From NCBI GenBank assembly GCA_963676615.1, contig OY781092.1, forward strand, positions 416,001 through 480,000: a stretch of 64,000 nucleotides of DNA. The letters run 5' to 3'. Positions 1-10,672 of the stretch are shown here, piece after piece. The notes under the pieces were generated by a model. It made no database searches. It was not told where the DNA came from and worked only from the letters and a program-made list of their open reading frames with translations. The position numbers and the translations under genes were made by a program. The stretch comes from Candidatus Cloacimonadota bacterium. GTDB taxonomy: Bacteria; Cloacimonadota; Cloacimonadia; G963667145. Each line of letters opens with the position of its first letter. Position 1 is the first letter of the stretch.

Positions 1-1
1 G

Positions 2-112
2 CCGATTGCCGAGTTCAATATCGGGCACAGCATTATCGCCGAAAGTGTTTTTCTGGGGCTGTCGCAGGCGGTGATGAGGATGAAAAGATTAGTTGTCAAA
101 GGGGTTTTTTAG
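2..112 (+). CDS. pdxJ: pyridoxine 5'-phosphate synthase, C-terminal fragment (5' truncated by window)
   Basis: Manual translation PIAEFNIGHSIIAESVFLGLSQAVMRMKRLV* matches the PdxJ C-terminal NIGHSII motif; the stop abuts the bamA ATG. Confidence 0.85.
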   Translation, partial: PIAEFNIGHSIIAESVFLGLSQAVMRMKRLVVKGVF

Positions 113-2314
113 ATGCGAAAATTGTTGTTGATTTTGTGTTTGGTGTTTGCGGGTTCGCTGCTTTTTGCCAAAGATGTGCAGAAGATTTCCTTTAAGGGGC
201 TGCAAAATGTGCAAGAGGGCGCGGCTCTGTCGCTGATGGGTCTGCGAGTTGGTGACTATTACGATCAGAAAATTTTGGACGAATGCAGGCACAATCTGGA
301 AAAAAGCGGAATGTTTGCGTCGGTGAAAATCGCCGATTGGGCAGGCAGCATTGGCGTTACTGTGGCAGAAAATCCGATTGTGGAAAAGTTCACGCTGGAA
401 GATTACGACGGCATCAGCAGGGCGGAACTGGAGAAGATGATCGATTTGCAGAGCGGCTCGTTTTGGTCGCAAACGCTCAAAGACACTTTCGCGATGCGGC
501 TTCGGAATTTTTACGAAAAAGACGGATATTATAACGCGACCATCGATTTTGCCGTGACGAAATTGCCCAAAAATCACATCGATGTTGCCCTGACTTGCGC
601 CGAGGGCGAGCGGGTGAAAGTGGAGAAAATCAATTTTTATGGCAACAAAAATTTCACTGACGATCAGCTGAAAGATGTGATGAAGACGAAAACTGCGGGC
701 TGGTTTCGCTCTGGAAAATACAACAAGCAGGAGCTGGATCAGGACAGAGGCAGAATTTTGGCGTTTTACAACGAGAAGGGGTATATCGACGCGTCGGTTT
801 CGGAGCCAGAGGTTAAGACCATGCAAGATTCCAATCGGCTGGAAGTCTCGTTCTACATCAAGCCTGGCGCGAAATTTTATCTAGGCGAAATTGTGGTTGT
901 GGGCAACATTTTTTTCCCGCAGCAAGAGATTTTGGATATGTTCAAGTTCAAAAAAGACCAAATTTTCGACAAACAGGAGTTCGAGAAAAAGCTCTTCGAT
1001 GTTTACACGATGTATCACGAAGAGGGTTTTGTCTATTGCAAAATCGACTACGATTTGGAAAAAGAGGGCGGCAAAGTTAATGTGATTATCAATATCACCG
1101 AAAATCCCAGAGCCAAAGTTCGCAAAATTATCGTCCGTGGAAACAGGCGCACCAAAGAGAAAATCGTGCGGCGGAAATTGGCGATTCACCCTGGATTCTA
1201 CTACAAGCGCTCGGACATTGTAGCCTCGCAGCGGCGGATTTACAACACGGGATTTTTCGAAGCGGATATGGGCATCGATACGCGCGTGATTAACAGCAGC
1301 GGCGATATGGATGTGATTTTCGACCTCACCGACAGGAACTCGAACACGCTCAACGGCTCGGTTGGCTACAACTCGCTAGACGGAATGGTCGGAGAGTTCA
1401 GCGTGCAGATGCGCAACCTTTTGGGCAACGCTTGGCAGACTTCCGCCTCGGTGAAATTTGCCGAAAAACTGCTGAACTACGAGCTAAGTTTCACCAATCC
1501 ATATCTTTACGACTCCGATATTTTGGGCGGATTTTCCGTTTACAACACCGAAAGAGGCTACGACGACTACGACTGGCACAAAATCGGCGGCTCGTTCACT
1601 TTGGGTAAATACCTTTACTGGCTGGATTTCGCCAATGTGAAGCTCACCTACAGCAACTACATCACCAAATATTCCAATCTCAGCAGCGACGCCAGCGAAG
1701 ACCTGCAAAACGAAGCGGCGAAAGACTGGGAAAACACCAGCAGCGTCGGCTTGAATTTTTCTCGGGCGAACAAAGACAATGTTTTCTTCCCGAGTTTGGG
1801 CTCAGACTTCAGCATCTATTCCGAAATGGCAGGCGCTTTCCTCGGCGGCGACGAACATTTTTTCAAACAAATCTACCAAGTCAGCTGGTATTTGGATTTG
1901 CCCGGAAGCTTTGCCTTTCGCACAAAATGGCGCACAGGCTATGTCGAGCCGATACACACCGCCAGCGATGTGCCGCCAGCAGAAAAATTTTACATCGGCG
2001 GAATGGGCTATAACGGCTTGCGTGGCTACGGAAACAGCAGCATCCCCAGCGGAAGCGACGGCGCACGCAGAATGCTCATCTTCTCCAGCGAGCTCGCCTA
2101 TCCGCTCGTCGGCGAAACTTTCATCGGCTTGCTCTTCTACGACGCAGGCGACGCCAGAGACAGATACGAACAAATAAACTTCACCAACCTCAAAAACGGC
2201 GCTGGCTTTGGTTTCCGCTTCAACAGCCCAATCGGCATCATCGGGTTGGACTACGGCTACAACCTCGACGAAAATTCGTGGAAACCGCAATTTCAAATCG
2301 GGATGACATTTTAG
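113..2314 (+). CDS. bamA: outer membrane protein assembly factor BamA
   Basis: Signal peptide, POTRA repeats (GN.RTKEKIVRR), barrel with LRGY motif, SPIG and C-terminal Phe. Confidence 0.92.
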   Translation: MRKLLLILCLVFAGSLLFAKDVQKISFKGLQNVQEGAALSLMGLRVGDYYDQKILDECRHNLEKSGMFASVKIADWAGSIGVTVAENPIVEKFTLEDYDGISRAELEKMIDLQSGSFWSQTLKDTFAMRLRNFYEKDGYYNATIDFAVTKLPKNHIDVALTCAEGERVKVEKINFYGNKNFTDDQLKDVMKTKTAGWFRSGKYNKQELDQDRGRILAFYNEKGYIDASVSEPEVKTMQDSNRLEVSFYIKPGAKFYLGEIVVVGNIFFPQQEILDMFKFKKDQIFDKQEFEKKLFDVYTMYHEEGFVYCKIDYDLEKEGGKVNVIINITENPRAKVRKIIVRGNRRTKEKIVRRKLAIHPGFYYKRSDIVASQRRIYNTGFFEADMGIDTRVINSSGDMDVIFDLTDRNSNTLNGSVGYNSLDGMVGEFSVQMRNLLGNAWQTSASVKFAEKLLNYELSFTNPYLYDSDILGGFSVYNTERGYDDYDWHKIGGSFTLGKYLYWLDFANVKLTYSNYITKYSNLSSDASEDLQNEAAKDWENTSSVGLNFSRANKDNVFFPSLGSDFSIYSEMAGAFLGGDEHFFKQIYQVSWYLDLPGSFAFRTKWRTGYVEPIHTASDVPPAEKFYIGGMGYNGLRGYGNSSIPSGSDGARRMLIFSSELAYPLVGETFIGLLFYDAGDARDRYEQINFTNLKNGAGFGFRFNSPIGIIGLDYGYNLDENSWKPQFQIGMTF

Positions 2315-2345
2315 CTTTTTTTGCCTTTTGGGAAATTGAAAAACG

Positions 2346-3170
2346 ATGAAAAAATTTTGCCTTTTTTGCATCTTTTGTTTGATTGCGGCAATTTTTTCTT
2401 GTCAGAAATCTAAGCAAGGCGGGCTGGTTGTTACATCGCCAGAGATTGCCGATGTGCTGGTTAGCTTGGACGCCCAAGATTTGGTGGTGGCAGCCACGCG
2501 TGAATGCGCTTTGCCAAACGCTCAAACAGTCGGAAATTTCGGCAATGTCGATTTTGCCAAAGTCGTAAAACTCAATCCAAAAGCGGTATTGGCGACAGGT
2601 TTGGTGCAAGATTTGCTGGTGTCCAAACTGCAAAAATTACAGATTCCAGTTTATAAATTTTATGCACGAAATGTGCCGCAGATGCTAGAAAATGTTTTGC
2701 AAGTCGGCAAAATTTGCGGCAAACAAAAGCGAGCTGCGGCTCTGGTTGACAGCTTTCGTAGCGCTTTGCAAACGCTGGAGTTAGAGCCAAAATCGGGCTT
2801 GCGGGTTTACGCCGAAATCTCGGCAAAGCCTCTGGTGAGCACATCGGGCAGCTCTTTTGTGGGAGATTTGCTCAAAATCGCAGGCGGCAAAAACATCTTC
2901 GACACTTTGCCCAGTGACTACCCCAGAGTTCGTCAGGAGGCGATCATTAAAGCTGATCCGCAGGTGATTTTTTGCTTTGTGCCGGGTGTTAGCAAAGGCG
3001 AAATAGCTAGGCGTCTCGGTTGGCAAAATGTTGCCGCTGTCCGAAACCAAAAAATTTACACCACGCACGATTTTGATCCCGATGAGCTCCTGCGGGCTAC
3101 TCCCGCTTGCCTTGCGGGCATACGCCAGCTAAAAAAATTGCTGGCAGATCAGCAGGCGCAAAACAAGTGA
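2346..3170 (+). CDS. cobalamin/iron-siderophore ABC substrate-binding lipoprotein (BtuF-like)
   Basis: Lipobox IFSC, helical-backbone binding protein motifs (AGGKNIF, PQVIF, AVRNQKIY). Confidence 0.8.
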   Translation: MKKFCLFCIFCLIAAIFSCQKSKQGGLVVTSPEIADVLVSLDAQDLVVAATRECALPNAQTVGNFGNVDFAKVVKLNPKAVLATGLVQDLLVSKLQKLQIPVYKFYARNVPQMLENVLQVGKICGKQKRAAALVDSFRSALQTLELEPKSGLRVYAEISAKPLVSTSGSSFVGDLLKIAGGKNIFDTLPSDYPRVRQEAIIKADPQVIFCFVPGVSKGEIARRLGWQNVAAVRNQKIYTTHDFDPDELLRATPACLAGIRQLKKLLADQQAQNK

Positions 3171-4063
3171 AAAAAAGTTTTCTCCTTTTCGCTTTTCTTT
3201 CGGCGATTTACATCATCTTCGACTTCACCTCGTGGCAACTGCTCTGCCAACTCCGCCTGCCGCGCTACCTCTTGGTGAGCTTTGCTGGCGGCAGCCTCTG
3301 CCTTGTCGGACAAATTTATCAACAAATTTTCCGCAACCAACTCGTCGAGCCCTACATTTTGGGCATCTCCTCTGGCGCCGCGTTCGGCTCGTGCATCGCC
3401 TTTTTGAGCGGATTTTTTTTGCTAATGCCCCTCTTCGGCTTTTTGGGCGCCTTTGCGACGATGCTCATCGTCTTCAAAATCGCTGGCGCATCGGGCTATT
3501 TTAGCGGCTCGCGCCTGATTATCTGCGGCGTCGTCCTCAACTTTTTCTTCTACTCCCTAATCTCGCTGCTTTTATATCTGCTGGCGGACTCCCGCATCTT
3601 GGGCATTTTGCTCGGAAATTTCGACTACATCTTTTTAAAAAACGAATTTTACCTATTTTTGGTCGGACTATTTTTTATGGCAATCATAATATTTTCGCTC
3701 TTCCGCTTGCGTCGTCAGGTGGAAATTCTCTCGCTGGGAAATCAGCTGGCGCACTCCGTCGGGGTCGATATTCACAGGCTAAAAAAACGAATTTTCTTCG
3801 CCTCGTCGCTGCTTATCGGATTTTTCACCTCGTTCATCGGCATCGTGCCTTTTGTCGGGCTAATCGTCCCCAATCTCTTACGACGCCTAAAAGTCAAAGA
3901 GTTCAGCGCATTTTTTTGGTATGGAGCGTCGTTTTTGCTAATTTGCGACTTCACTTGCCAGTTTTTGCTCCCGTGGGTTTTGCCCGTAGGCGTGGTCACC
4001 TCAATCTTGGGAAGCGTCTTGTTCTTGTTAATCCTAGGCAAAAGCAAAAGCTCGCTTTTCTAA
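3167..4063 (+). CDS. FecCD/BtuC-family ABC permease
   Basis: LRLPR, FRNQLVEPYILGISSGA and GIVPFVGLIVP motifs; GTG start overlaps the upstream stop. Confidence 0.85.
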   Translation: MKKSFLLFAFLSAIYIIFDFTSWQLLCQLRLPRYLLVSFAGGSLCLVGQIYQQIFRNQLVEPYILGISSGAAFGSCIAFLSGFFLLMPLFGFLGAFATMLIVFKIAGASGYFSGSRLIICGVVLNFFFYSLISLLLYLLADSRILGILLGNFDYIFLKNEFYLFLVGLFFMAIIIFSLFRLRRQVEILSLGNQLAHSVGVDIHRLKKRIFFASSLLIGFFTSFIGIVPFVGLIVPNLLRRLKVKEFSAFFWYGASFLLICDFTCQFLLPWVLPVGVVTSILGSVLFLLILGKSKSSLF

Positions 4064-4194
4064 AAAAATCTGTCAAAAAATCAAAATTTAGCGGAGCAGA
4101 AGCGTCGCTGTTACTCTTTTTTACTTTTTTTCTTGTCAGCGTTTTAATATTATGAAAAGTTGGGAAAAATCGTTATCAAAAAAAGGAGTTGATT

Positions 4195-5553
4195 ATGGAT
4201 TTAAAAAACAGAGGCTCGTTTGGCACCAAAATCGGTGTCATTGCTGCGGCGGCTGGCTCTGCTATCGGTCTTGGCAACATTTGGAAATTCCCCTACATCA
4301 CTGGCGTGCACGGCGGTGGAGCGTTTTTGATCGTCTATCTTATCTGCATTGCCGTGATTGGCGTGACGGTGATGCTCGCCGAGTTTATTTTGGGACGGAT
4401 GACCCAGCGAAACGGCGTTGGCGCATTCAACGCGCTGGCTCCAAAAACTTACTGGTTTTTGGTCGGATTTTTGGGAATTTTGGCTGGATTTTTCATCTTA
4501 TCGTTCTACTCTGTCGTCGCTGGCTGGACAGTGGACTACATTATCAAAGCGGCTACAGGAGCTTTCACAGGCAAATCGGCAGCCGAGATTGGCGGAATTT
4601 TTGGAGGCTTCATCTCCAACGACTGGCAACCACTGATTTGGCACTTCGTCTTTATGTTGGTGACCGCAGGTGTCATCGTGATGGGCGTGCAAAAAGGTAT
4701 CGAAAAAACTGCCAAAATTTTGATGCCCGTTTTGCTGCTCATTTTGCTCGTGTTGTGCGTGAGAGCCGTAACTCTGCCGGGAGCAGGCAAAGGTCTTTCT
4801 TTCCTCTTTTCGCCAAACTGGTCTAGCTTGTCGGGCGAAGCGGTCTTGGTAGCGCTGGGGCACGCATTTTTCTCGCTCTCTTTGGGAATGGGCACGATGC
4901 TCATCTACGGTTCGTATATCAAACGCAAAGAAAATTTGGGCTCAATCGCCGTGCAGGTTAGCGTTGCGGACACACTCATAGCCGTTTTGGCTGGTGTGGC
5001 AATTTTCCCTGCCGTTTTTGCTTTCGGTATCGAGCCAGGCGCAGGTCCAGGCCTCGTCTTCGTGACTTTGCCCAATGTCTTCAACCAAATGCCCGGTGGA
5101 CAATTTTTCAGCTTCCTCTTCTTCGTCTTGTTGGCTTTGGCGGCTTTGACCAGCGCAGTCTCGATTTTGGAATGTTTGGTGGCTTACCTCATCGAAGAAA
5201 AAAATATCCCTCGCAAAAAAGCGACCATCTATATGGCGTTGGCTTGCTTCATTATCGGCATTCCGTGCTCGCTTTCGATGGGCTCGATGAGCGATGTGCA
5301 TTTCTTGCCTGGCAAAACATTTTTCGACACGCTCGACTACATCTCGGCTAACTGGCTTTTGCCGCTTGGCGGAATGTTTATCAGCTACTTTGTCGGCTGG
5401 AAAATGGACAAGAAAAAACTCGCCGACGAGCTCAGCAGCGACGGTAAATATTCGATATCCTACCTGCCAACATTCGTCTTTATCTGCAAATACATCGCTC
5501 CTGTGATAATCTTCATCGTCTTTTTGCACGGACTGGGAGTGTTTGGAAATTAA
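4195..5553 (+). CDS. sodium-dependent transporter, NSS/SNF family
   Basis: GSAIGLGNIWKFPY and GGGAFL signature; AGGAG RBS before ATG 4195. Confidence 0.93.
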   Translation: MDLKNRGSFGTKIGVIAAAAGSAIGLGNIWKFPYITGVHGGGAFLIVYLICIAVIGVTVMLAEFILGRMTQRNGVGAFNALAPKTYWFLVGFLGILAGFFILSFYSVVAGWTVDYIIKAATGAFTGKSAAEIGGIFGGFISNDWQPLIWHFVFMLVTAGVIVMGVQKGIEKTAKILMPVLLLILLVLCVRAVTLPGAGKGLSFLFSPNWSSLSGEAVLVALGHAFFSLSLGMGTMLIYGSYIKRKENLGSIAVQVSVADTLIAVLAGVAIFPAVFAFGIEPGAGPGLVFVTLPNVFNQMPGGQFFSFLFFVLLALAALTSAVSILECLVAYLIEEKNIPRKKATIYMALACFIIGIPCSLSMGSMSDVHFLPGKTFFDTLDYISANWLLPLGGMFISYFVGWKMDKKKLADELSSDGKYSISYLPTFVFICKYIAPVIIFIVFLHGLGVFGN

Positions 5554-5574
5554 GTAAAACTTAACACAGTTTTC

Positions 5575-5607
5575 AGGAGTCTGTCTTGCGGCGGACTCCT
5601 TTTTTTG
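5575..5607 (+). terminator. Rho-independent terminator
   Basis: AGGAGTCTGTC-ttgc-GGCGGACTCCT hairpin followed by a T run. Confidence 0.8.
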
Positions 5608-5690
5608 TGCCCACCAAAAAATTTCGGGCAGGATTGCTGGAGTTATACTAAATTGTTGACATCAATCGTCGCTATCAGAAATTTAGGACG

Positions 5691-6512
5691 ATGAAAAAAA
5701 TAGAATGTAACAAAATTTCCAAAGCTGTTTCGGACGCTTGTCAGACCTTGGCGAGTGAGTTGGATTGCGAGATTGTCGCTAAATTGCAAAAATACGAAAG
5801 CGACAGTAAAGTCGTGTCGATGATGCTCAAAAATATCCGCTTGGCAGGTGAAAAAACGCTTCCGATTTGCCAAGACACGGGCACCGTTGTCGTCTTTGCG
5901 GAGATTGGGCAAGAGGTGCAGATTGTCGAAGGTAGTTTTGAGCAGGCGATAAATGACGGCGTGCAGGCGGGTTATAAGCTTTTGCGCAAATCAATCGTGC
6001 GCGATCCGCTTTTTTTGCGGGAAAATTCCCAAGACAACACGCCAGCGGTTATTCACGCCAGAATCGTTCCTGGCGATTGTCTGCGACTGACTTTGCTTGC
6101 CAAAGGTGGCGGCGCGGAAAATAAAAGCACGCTGAAGATGTTTAATCCGACAGCGTCACCGCTGGAGATAGAAGATTTTGTGGTTGATTGGGTGCAAAAA
6201 GCTGGTTCGGCGGCGTGTCCGCCCTATATCGTTGGAATTGGCATTGGCGGCAATTTTGAGCAGTCGGCTTTGCTCGCCAAAAAGTCTTTGGCAGAGCCGT
6301 TGTCCGCTCCAAATCCGAACAAAAATTATGCGCAGATGGAAGCTTCGCTTTTGCAAAAAATTCAGGCGTTAAAAATCGGTCCGCAAGGTTTGGAGGACGA
6401 GCCTACAGCGTTGGCGGTGAAAATTTTGAGCGCACCTTGCCATATTGCCAGTTTACCCGTTGCGATAAATTTGGGCTGTTATGTAAATCGCCATTTGGAG
6501 TTAACGCTATGA
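5691..6512 (+). CDS. class I fumarate hydratase / tartrate dehydratase alpha subunit
   Basis: PICQDTG, KGGGAEN, ACPPYIVGIGIGG and PCHIASLPVA motifs. Confidence 0.92.
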   Translation: MKKIECNKISKAVSDACQTLASELDCEIVAKLQKYESDSKVVSMMLKNIRLAGEKTLPICQDTGTVVVFAEIGQEVQIVEGSFEQAINDGVQAGYKLLRKSIVRDPLFLRENSQDNTPAVIHARIVPGDCLRLTLLAKGGGAENKSTLKMFNPTASPLEIEDFVVDWVQKAGSAACPPYIVGIGIGGNFEQSALLAKKSLAEPLSAPNPNKNYAQMEASLLQKIQALKIGPQGLEDEPTALAVKILSAPCHIASLPVAINLGCYVNRHLELTL

Positions 6513-7000
6513 AAATTAAAGATTTGCAAGAGCTAAAGGCTGGCGATTTTTTTTATTATAGCGGCGAAATTTATTTGGCACGAGACGCAGCGCATTCCCG
6601 ATTATGCAAACTTCTGCAAGAGGGCAAACCACTACCTTTTCCGCTGAAAGACAGCGCAATTTTTTACGCTGGTCCGATATTGAACGACGAAAAAATAGTT
6701 TCGTGCGGTCCGACGACCTCGTCGAGGATGGACAAATTTACGCCGAGTTTGCTGGACAATGGGGTCAAACTTTTGATTGGCAAAGGGCAAAGAAGCTTTC
6801 AGGTGCAACAATCTTTGCAAAAAAATAGGGCGATTTACGCTTTAGCTTTGGGCGGTTGCGGCGTGCTTTATGCGCAGTCGATTTTGAGTCAGCAGATTTT
6901 GGCGTATCCCGAGCTGGGCACAGAGGCGGTGCGAAAACTATTGGTTGACAAAATGCCGCTTTGGGTTGGCATTGATGCTCAGGGGAGGAGCGTTATATGA
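6509..7000 (+). CDS. class I fumarate hydratase / tartrate dehydratase beta subunit
   Basis: ARDAAH, GPTTSSRMD, IGKG and ELGTEA motifs; ATGA overlap with the alpha subunit. Confidence 0.92.
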   Translation: MKIKDLQELKAGDFFYYSGEIYLARDAAHSRLCKLLQEGKPLPFPLKDSAIFYAGPILNDEKIVSCGPTTSSRMDKFTPSLLDNGVKLLIGKGQRSFQVQQSLQKNRAIYALALGGCGVLYAQSILSQQILAYPELGTEAVRKLLVDKMPLWVGIDAQGRSVI

Positions 7001-7311
7001 GCGATTTTTTGGTGGAATACGACAAAAAAAAGATACAGCAATTTTTGGAACTTTTGGAAAGAAAGATAGATTTCGAGCGGTTCAACAAGCCGATTTTGAG
7101 CTACAAAACCGACGCCGATTATGTTTATTACACGGTTTGGGAAGAGGAGATTTTGGAAAAATTGGGCGTTGAGAATATCTCTGGCTACGACTATCGCGAC
7201 CCTGTGTTTTTTTGCCCAGACTGGATAACTGACGAGGGTTTGGACGACGACGACGATTTTGATGATGACGACGATTTTTTGGACGATTTGGGCGATTTGG
7301 AGGATTTGTGA
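6997..7311 (+). CDS. hypothetical protein with Asp-rich C-terminal tail
   Basis: 104-aa ORF overlapping both neighbours by 4 nt; DDDDDF repeats. Confidence 0.65.
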   Translation: MSDFLVEYDKKKIQQFLELLERKIDFERFNKPILSYKTDADYVYYTVWEEEILEKLGVENISGYDYRDPVFFCPDWITDEGLDDDDDFDDDDDFLDDLGDLEDL

Positions 7312-7997
7312 TTAGTCAAAATTTGCAAAAAGTGCGGGACAATATCGCTTTTACTTTAAAAAAAAACGGAGATTCTGACAGAAATGTGAAGCTAATTGTC
7401 GTCACCAAAACGCATTCGGCAGAAAAAGTTGACGAAGCTATCGCCGCAGGAGCGGAGTTTATCGGAGAAAATAAGGTGCAGGAAGCCGCGGGAAAACTGC
7501 CGCTTTTGCAACAAAAATACCAAGAGTTTCACTTTATTGGGCATTTGCAGAGCAACAAAATTGGTAAACTTTTGCAGCTAAATCCTGCGCTTATTCATTC
7601 GTTGGACAAATTTTCGACTGCTCAAAAGCTCAATACCGCCTTGGCAAATCTCGGCAAAACGCAGAAAGTGCTGGTGCAGGTGAATACCTCGGAAGAGGCA
7701 AGCAAGTCGGGCACGAGCAAAGAGGACGCTTTTGCGTTGGTCAAAAAAATTTCGGAGCTCCCGAATTTGGAGGTTGAAGGGCTGATGACGATTGGCTCGC
7801 TGAGTCCAGATGTGGATGCGACCAAGCGCTGTTTTGAAAATTTGCGAGAGATTTTTGAGGAGTGCAAAGCGATCAAAACGGCAAAGATGAAGTGGCTCTC
7901 GATGGGGATGAGTGGCGACTACGAGCTGGCTTTGGAATGTGGGGCGAATATGCTGCGGGTTGGTAGCTCTATTTTTGGAGCGCGAGACTATATTTAA
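7308..7997 (+). CDS. yggS: PLP homeostasis protein, YggS/PROSC family
   Basis: VTKT, GENKVQE, HFIGHLQSNK and LSMGMSGDY motifs. Confidence 0.95.
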   Translation: MISQNLQKVRDNIAFTLKKNGDSDRNVKLIVVTKTHSAEKVDEAIAAGAEFIGENKVQEAAGKLPLLQQKYQEFHFIGHLQSNKIGKLLQLNPALIHSLDKFSTAQKLNTALANLGKTQKVLVQVNTSEEASKSGTSKEDAFALVKKISELPNLEVEGLMTIGSLSPDVDATKRCFENLREIFEECKAIKTAKMKWLSMGMSGDYELALECGANMLRVGSSIFGARDYI

Positions 7998-8021
7998 AGA
8001 TCGAAAAATAAAGGGAAAATT

Positions 8022-10514
8022 GTGGGCAAGAAGAAGAAAAATTTTAGTAGAAGTGTAGAAAAAAAAGTTGAAAAAAGTTTGTCATCACCGAGTTTTTGGC
8101 AAAAAAATCGGGCGTGGCTTTATCCAACGATTTTGGCATTTTTTGCGCTGGTGTGTTTTTGGCCGATAAGTTTTGGAGGCTATCGCACGGCGGGATACGA
8201 CTCTGTTTCGTCTGGAGAAAATTTGAATAAGCAGTGGCAAGATGCCACAGGAGAAAAAGTTTATTACGACTTGTCGATTTTTTCGGGAACTCCAGGCTAC
8301 GCTTTTGTGGCGAGCGAACCAAAAGCTTATAGCGCCTACTATTTTTTGAAATTGCACAATTTGCTGGGTAACGGCGGACTTTATATGCTAATGGGCGTTT
8401 TGGGCTTTTTCTTTTTGCTTCGTCATCTAAAAATCGGGCGAATGGCAGCGTTTTTTGCCTCGCTCGGATTTACGCTTATTCCGCATTGGGGCGTGCTTTT
8501 CGCTATCGGGCATATTTGGAAATATGAGGCAGTTTTACTCATACCGTTCTGTTTGCTTTTTTATTTGAAACTTTTTGATAAGCCGTCGGTGAAAAATTTA
8601 GTCTTTTTCTCGTTTTTTCAGGTGTGGCAGATCCAGCGAAATCACTACCAAATTATCTATTACACAGCGATGCTAATCGGTTTTGTGTCGATTGTGAAAA
8701 TTATTGAGTATCGCAAAGATTTTCAGCGGTTGTTCAAAAGTGCTGTGTTCATTTTTTTGGCAGCGATTATCGTCGTCGGCGTGACTTTTCAGCCGATGTA
8801 TCTCACGCAGGAGTATTCCAAATACACGATAAGAGGCGCCAAGACCGAAGACGGCAGAACGGGGCTCACCAAATCTTATGCGACTTCGTGGAGTTTGTCG
8901 CCCAAGGAACTGTTGGCGCTGCTGATTCCCAGAGCTTTTGGTGGAGCCAGCGGAGAGCGATACGATGTCGGCAGTCCAGACTATCCGCAGTTGGCAGGGC
9001 GCGACATTCCTGGCTATTGGGGCGATATGCCCTTTACGCAAGGCACCGATTATGCGGGAATTGTGCTGGTTTTTTTGGCGTTCATCGGCGTAATTCTCAA
9101 CTGGCACAAGGGAATGGTCAAAAGTTTTGCCTTTTTGGCGATTTTGGCGGTGTTTCTTGCTTTCGGTCGACATTTTTCGCTCGTGTATGACCTGTTTTTC
9201 AACTTTGTGCCTGGATTTAACAAATTCAGGGTGCCGTCGATGATTTTGATTTTGGTGGAGTTTCTTTTGGCAGTGCTTGCGGGATACGGTCTTAACGACA
9301 TTTTGCAAAACAAAAAAGAGCGGCTTTGGAAGGTTGTGCTGATTAACTTTTTCGCATTTTTGTCGATTGGCTTGCTGGTTTTGATTTTTTCGGGACAGTT
9401 TTCGTTTTCTTCGCCGGCAGACCGCTACGATGCGCAAACTTTGATGATAATAAAAAATATTCGCAAAGAGTTTTTGATTTCCGATTCGCTGCGCTATCTA
9501 TTTTATTTGGTGCTAACTTTCGGTTTGATAACGGCTTATCTAAAAAATTGGCTCAAGAAAAAAACGGTTTTCCTCGTTTTAATTTTGGGGCTAATGCTGA
9601 TCGATTTTTTGCAAATTCAAAACAGATTTTTGTTCAAAAAAAGTTCGACGGGCTATGTAAATTTGCAGAAAGGAAGCGAGGTTTCGGAGAAAGTTTTCCA
9701 AAAAAGTGAAGCCGAAAAATTTATTTTGTCGCAGCAACCGTCAGGCGAAATTTTTAGCCCATATCGAGTCTATCCCGTGACGAGTGACTTTTGGGCGACC
9801 AAAAATTACTCCACTGTTTTGCAGTCTATCGGTGGTTATTCTGCGGCGAAATTGCGAATTTACCAAGATTTGGTGGATTATGGCGTCGTTGATGGCGGGC
9901 TTGCTAGAAATATCACCAATATGCTCTCGGCGAAATATTTTATGACTCCAGCAAATCTGCCAAATCAAGCGCCGTTTGAGGATTTACAGCTGGTTTATAC
10001 GGGTCCAAAATATAATGTCTATTTGAATCAAGAGGCGTTGCCCAAGGGCTGGTTTGTGCAAGATTATCGGGTTGTGCCGACCAAAAATCAGAGATTTTCT
10101 TTGTTGAAAAGCGAAGAGTTTTCGGTGAAAAATATCGCTCTTTTGGAGGCAGATCCGCAGTTGAAAATTGAGGCTCCAGCGGGAGAGAAAGTTGAACTTT
10201 TGAGTTTTTCGCCTCACGAAATCGACTTCCGTTTGCAAAATCAAAAAGATGGGCTTTTTGTGGTCAGCAGTGTTTACTATCCAGACGGATGGCACGCATA
10301 TTTAGACAATAAGGAAGTGCCGATTTACAAGACCAATCATGTGCTTTCGTCGGTTTTCGTGCCAGCGGGGCAGCACACTTTGCGCCTTGAATTTGCGCCA
10401 TACAGTATGCAGTGGACGAAAATGGTTTCGCAAAGTTTTAAGCTGGTGTGGTTGCTGTTGTTTTTGTGGGTCGTTGCCAAAGGCGTTTATCAGTGGAAAT
10501 TCCGAAAAAATTAA
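8022..10514 (+). CDS. YfhO-family polytopic membrane protein (GT-C fold)
   Basis: Many TM segments, PGFNKFRVPSM, IGGYSAAK and the C-terminal YYPDGW..VPAG.H domain. Confidence 0.82.
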   Translation: MGKKKKNFSRSVEKKVEKSLSSPSFWQKNRAWLYPTILAFFALVCFWPISFGGYRTAGYDSVSSGENLNKQWQDATGEKVYYDLSIFSGTPGYAFVASEPKAYSAYYFLKLHNLLGNGGLYMLMGVLGFFFLLRHLKIGRMAAFFASLGFTLIPHWGVLFAIGHIWKYEAVLLIPFCLLFYLKLFDKPSVKNLVFFSFFQVWQIQRNHYQIIYYTAMLIGFVSIVKIIEYRKDFQRLFKSAVFIFLAAIIVVGVTFQPMYLTQEYSKYTIRGAKTEDGRTGLTKSYATSWSLSPKELLALLIPRAFGGASGERYDVGSPDYPQLAGRDIPGYWGDMPFTQGTDYAGIVLVFLAFIGVILNWHKGMVKSFAFLAILAVFLAFGRHFSLVYDLFFNFVPGFNKFRVPSMILILVEFLLAVLAGYGLNDILQNKKERLWKVVLINFFAFLSIGLLVLIFSGQFSFSSPADRYDAQTLMIIKNIRKEFLISDSLRYLFYLVLTFGLITAYLKNWLKKKTVFLVLILGLMLIDFLQIQNRFLFKKSSTGYVNLQKGSEVSEKVFQKSEAEKFILSQQPSGEIFSPYRVYPVTSDFWATKNYSTVLQSIGGYSAAKLRIYQDLVDYGVVDGGLARNITNMLSAKYFMTPANLPNQAPFEDLQLVYTGPKYNVYLNQEALPKGWFVQDYRVVPTKNQRFSLLKSEEFSVKNIALLEADPQLKIEAPAGEKVELLSFSPHEIDFRLQNQKDGLFVVSSVYYPDGWHAYLDNKEVPIYKTNHVLSSVFVPAGQHTLRLEFAPYSMQWTKMVSQSFKLVWLLLFLWVVAKGVYQWKFRKN

Positions 10515-10581
10515 ATTTATGAGTTGACACGGAAATGGCAATTTTTATTTAAGCACTATAGTTGAAATGCATAACGAGAGT

Positions 10582-10656
10582 GGGCGTATAACTCAGCGGT
10601 AGAGTATCTGCCTTTTAAGCAGAGAGTCGATGGTTCAAATCCATCTACGCTCACCA
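10582..10656 (+). tRNA. tRNA-Lys(TTT)
   Basis: Cloverleaf; anticodon loop CTTTTAA; encoded CCA. Confidence 0.95.
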
Positions 10657-10672
10657 TTTTTTAAAAAAAAGG

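Noticed and set aside
7240..7311. GAC/GAT trinucleotide repeats as a contingency locus
   Set aside because: In-frame imperfect repeats that simply encode an acidic tail.
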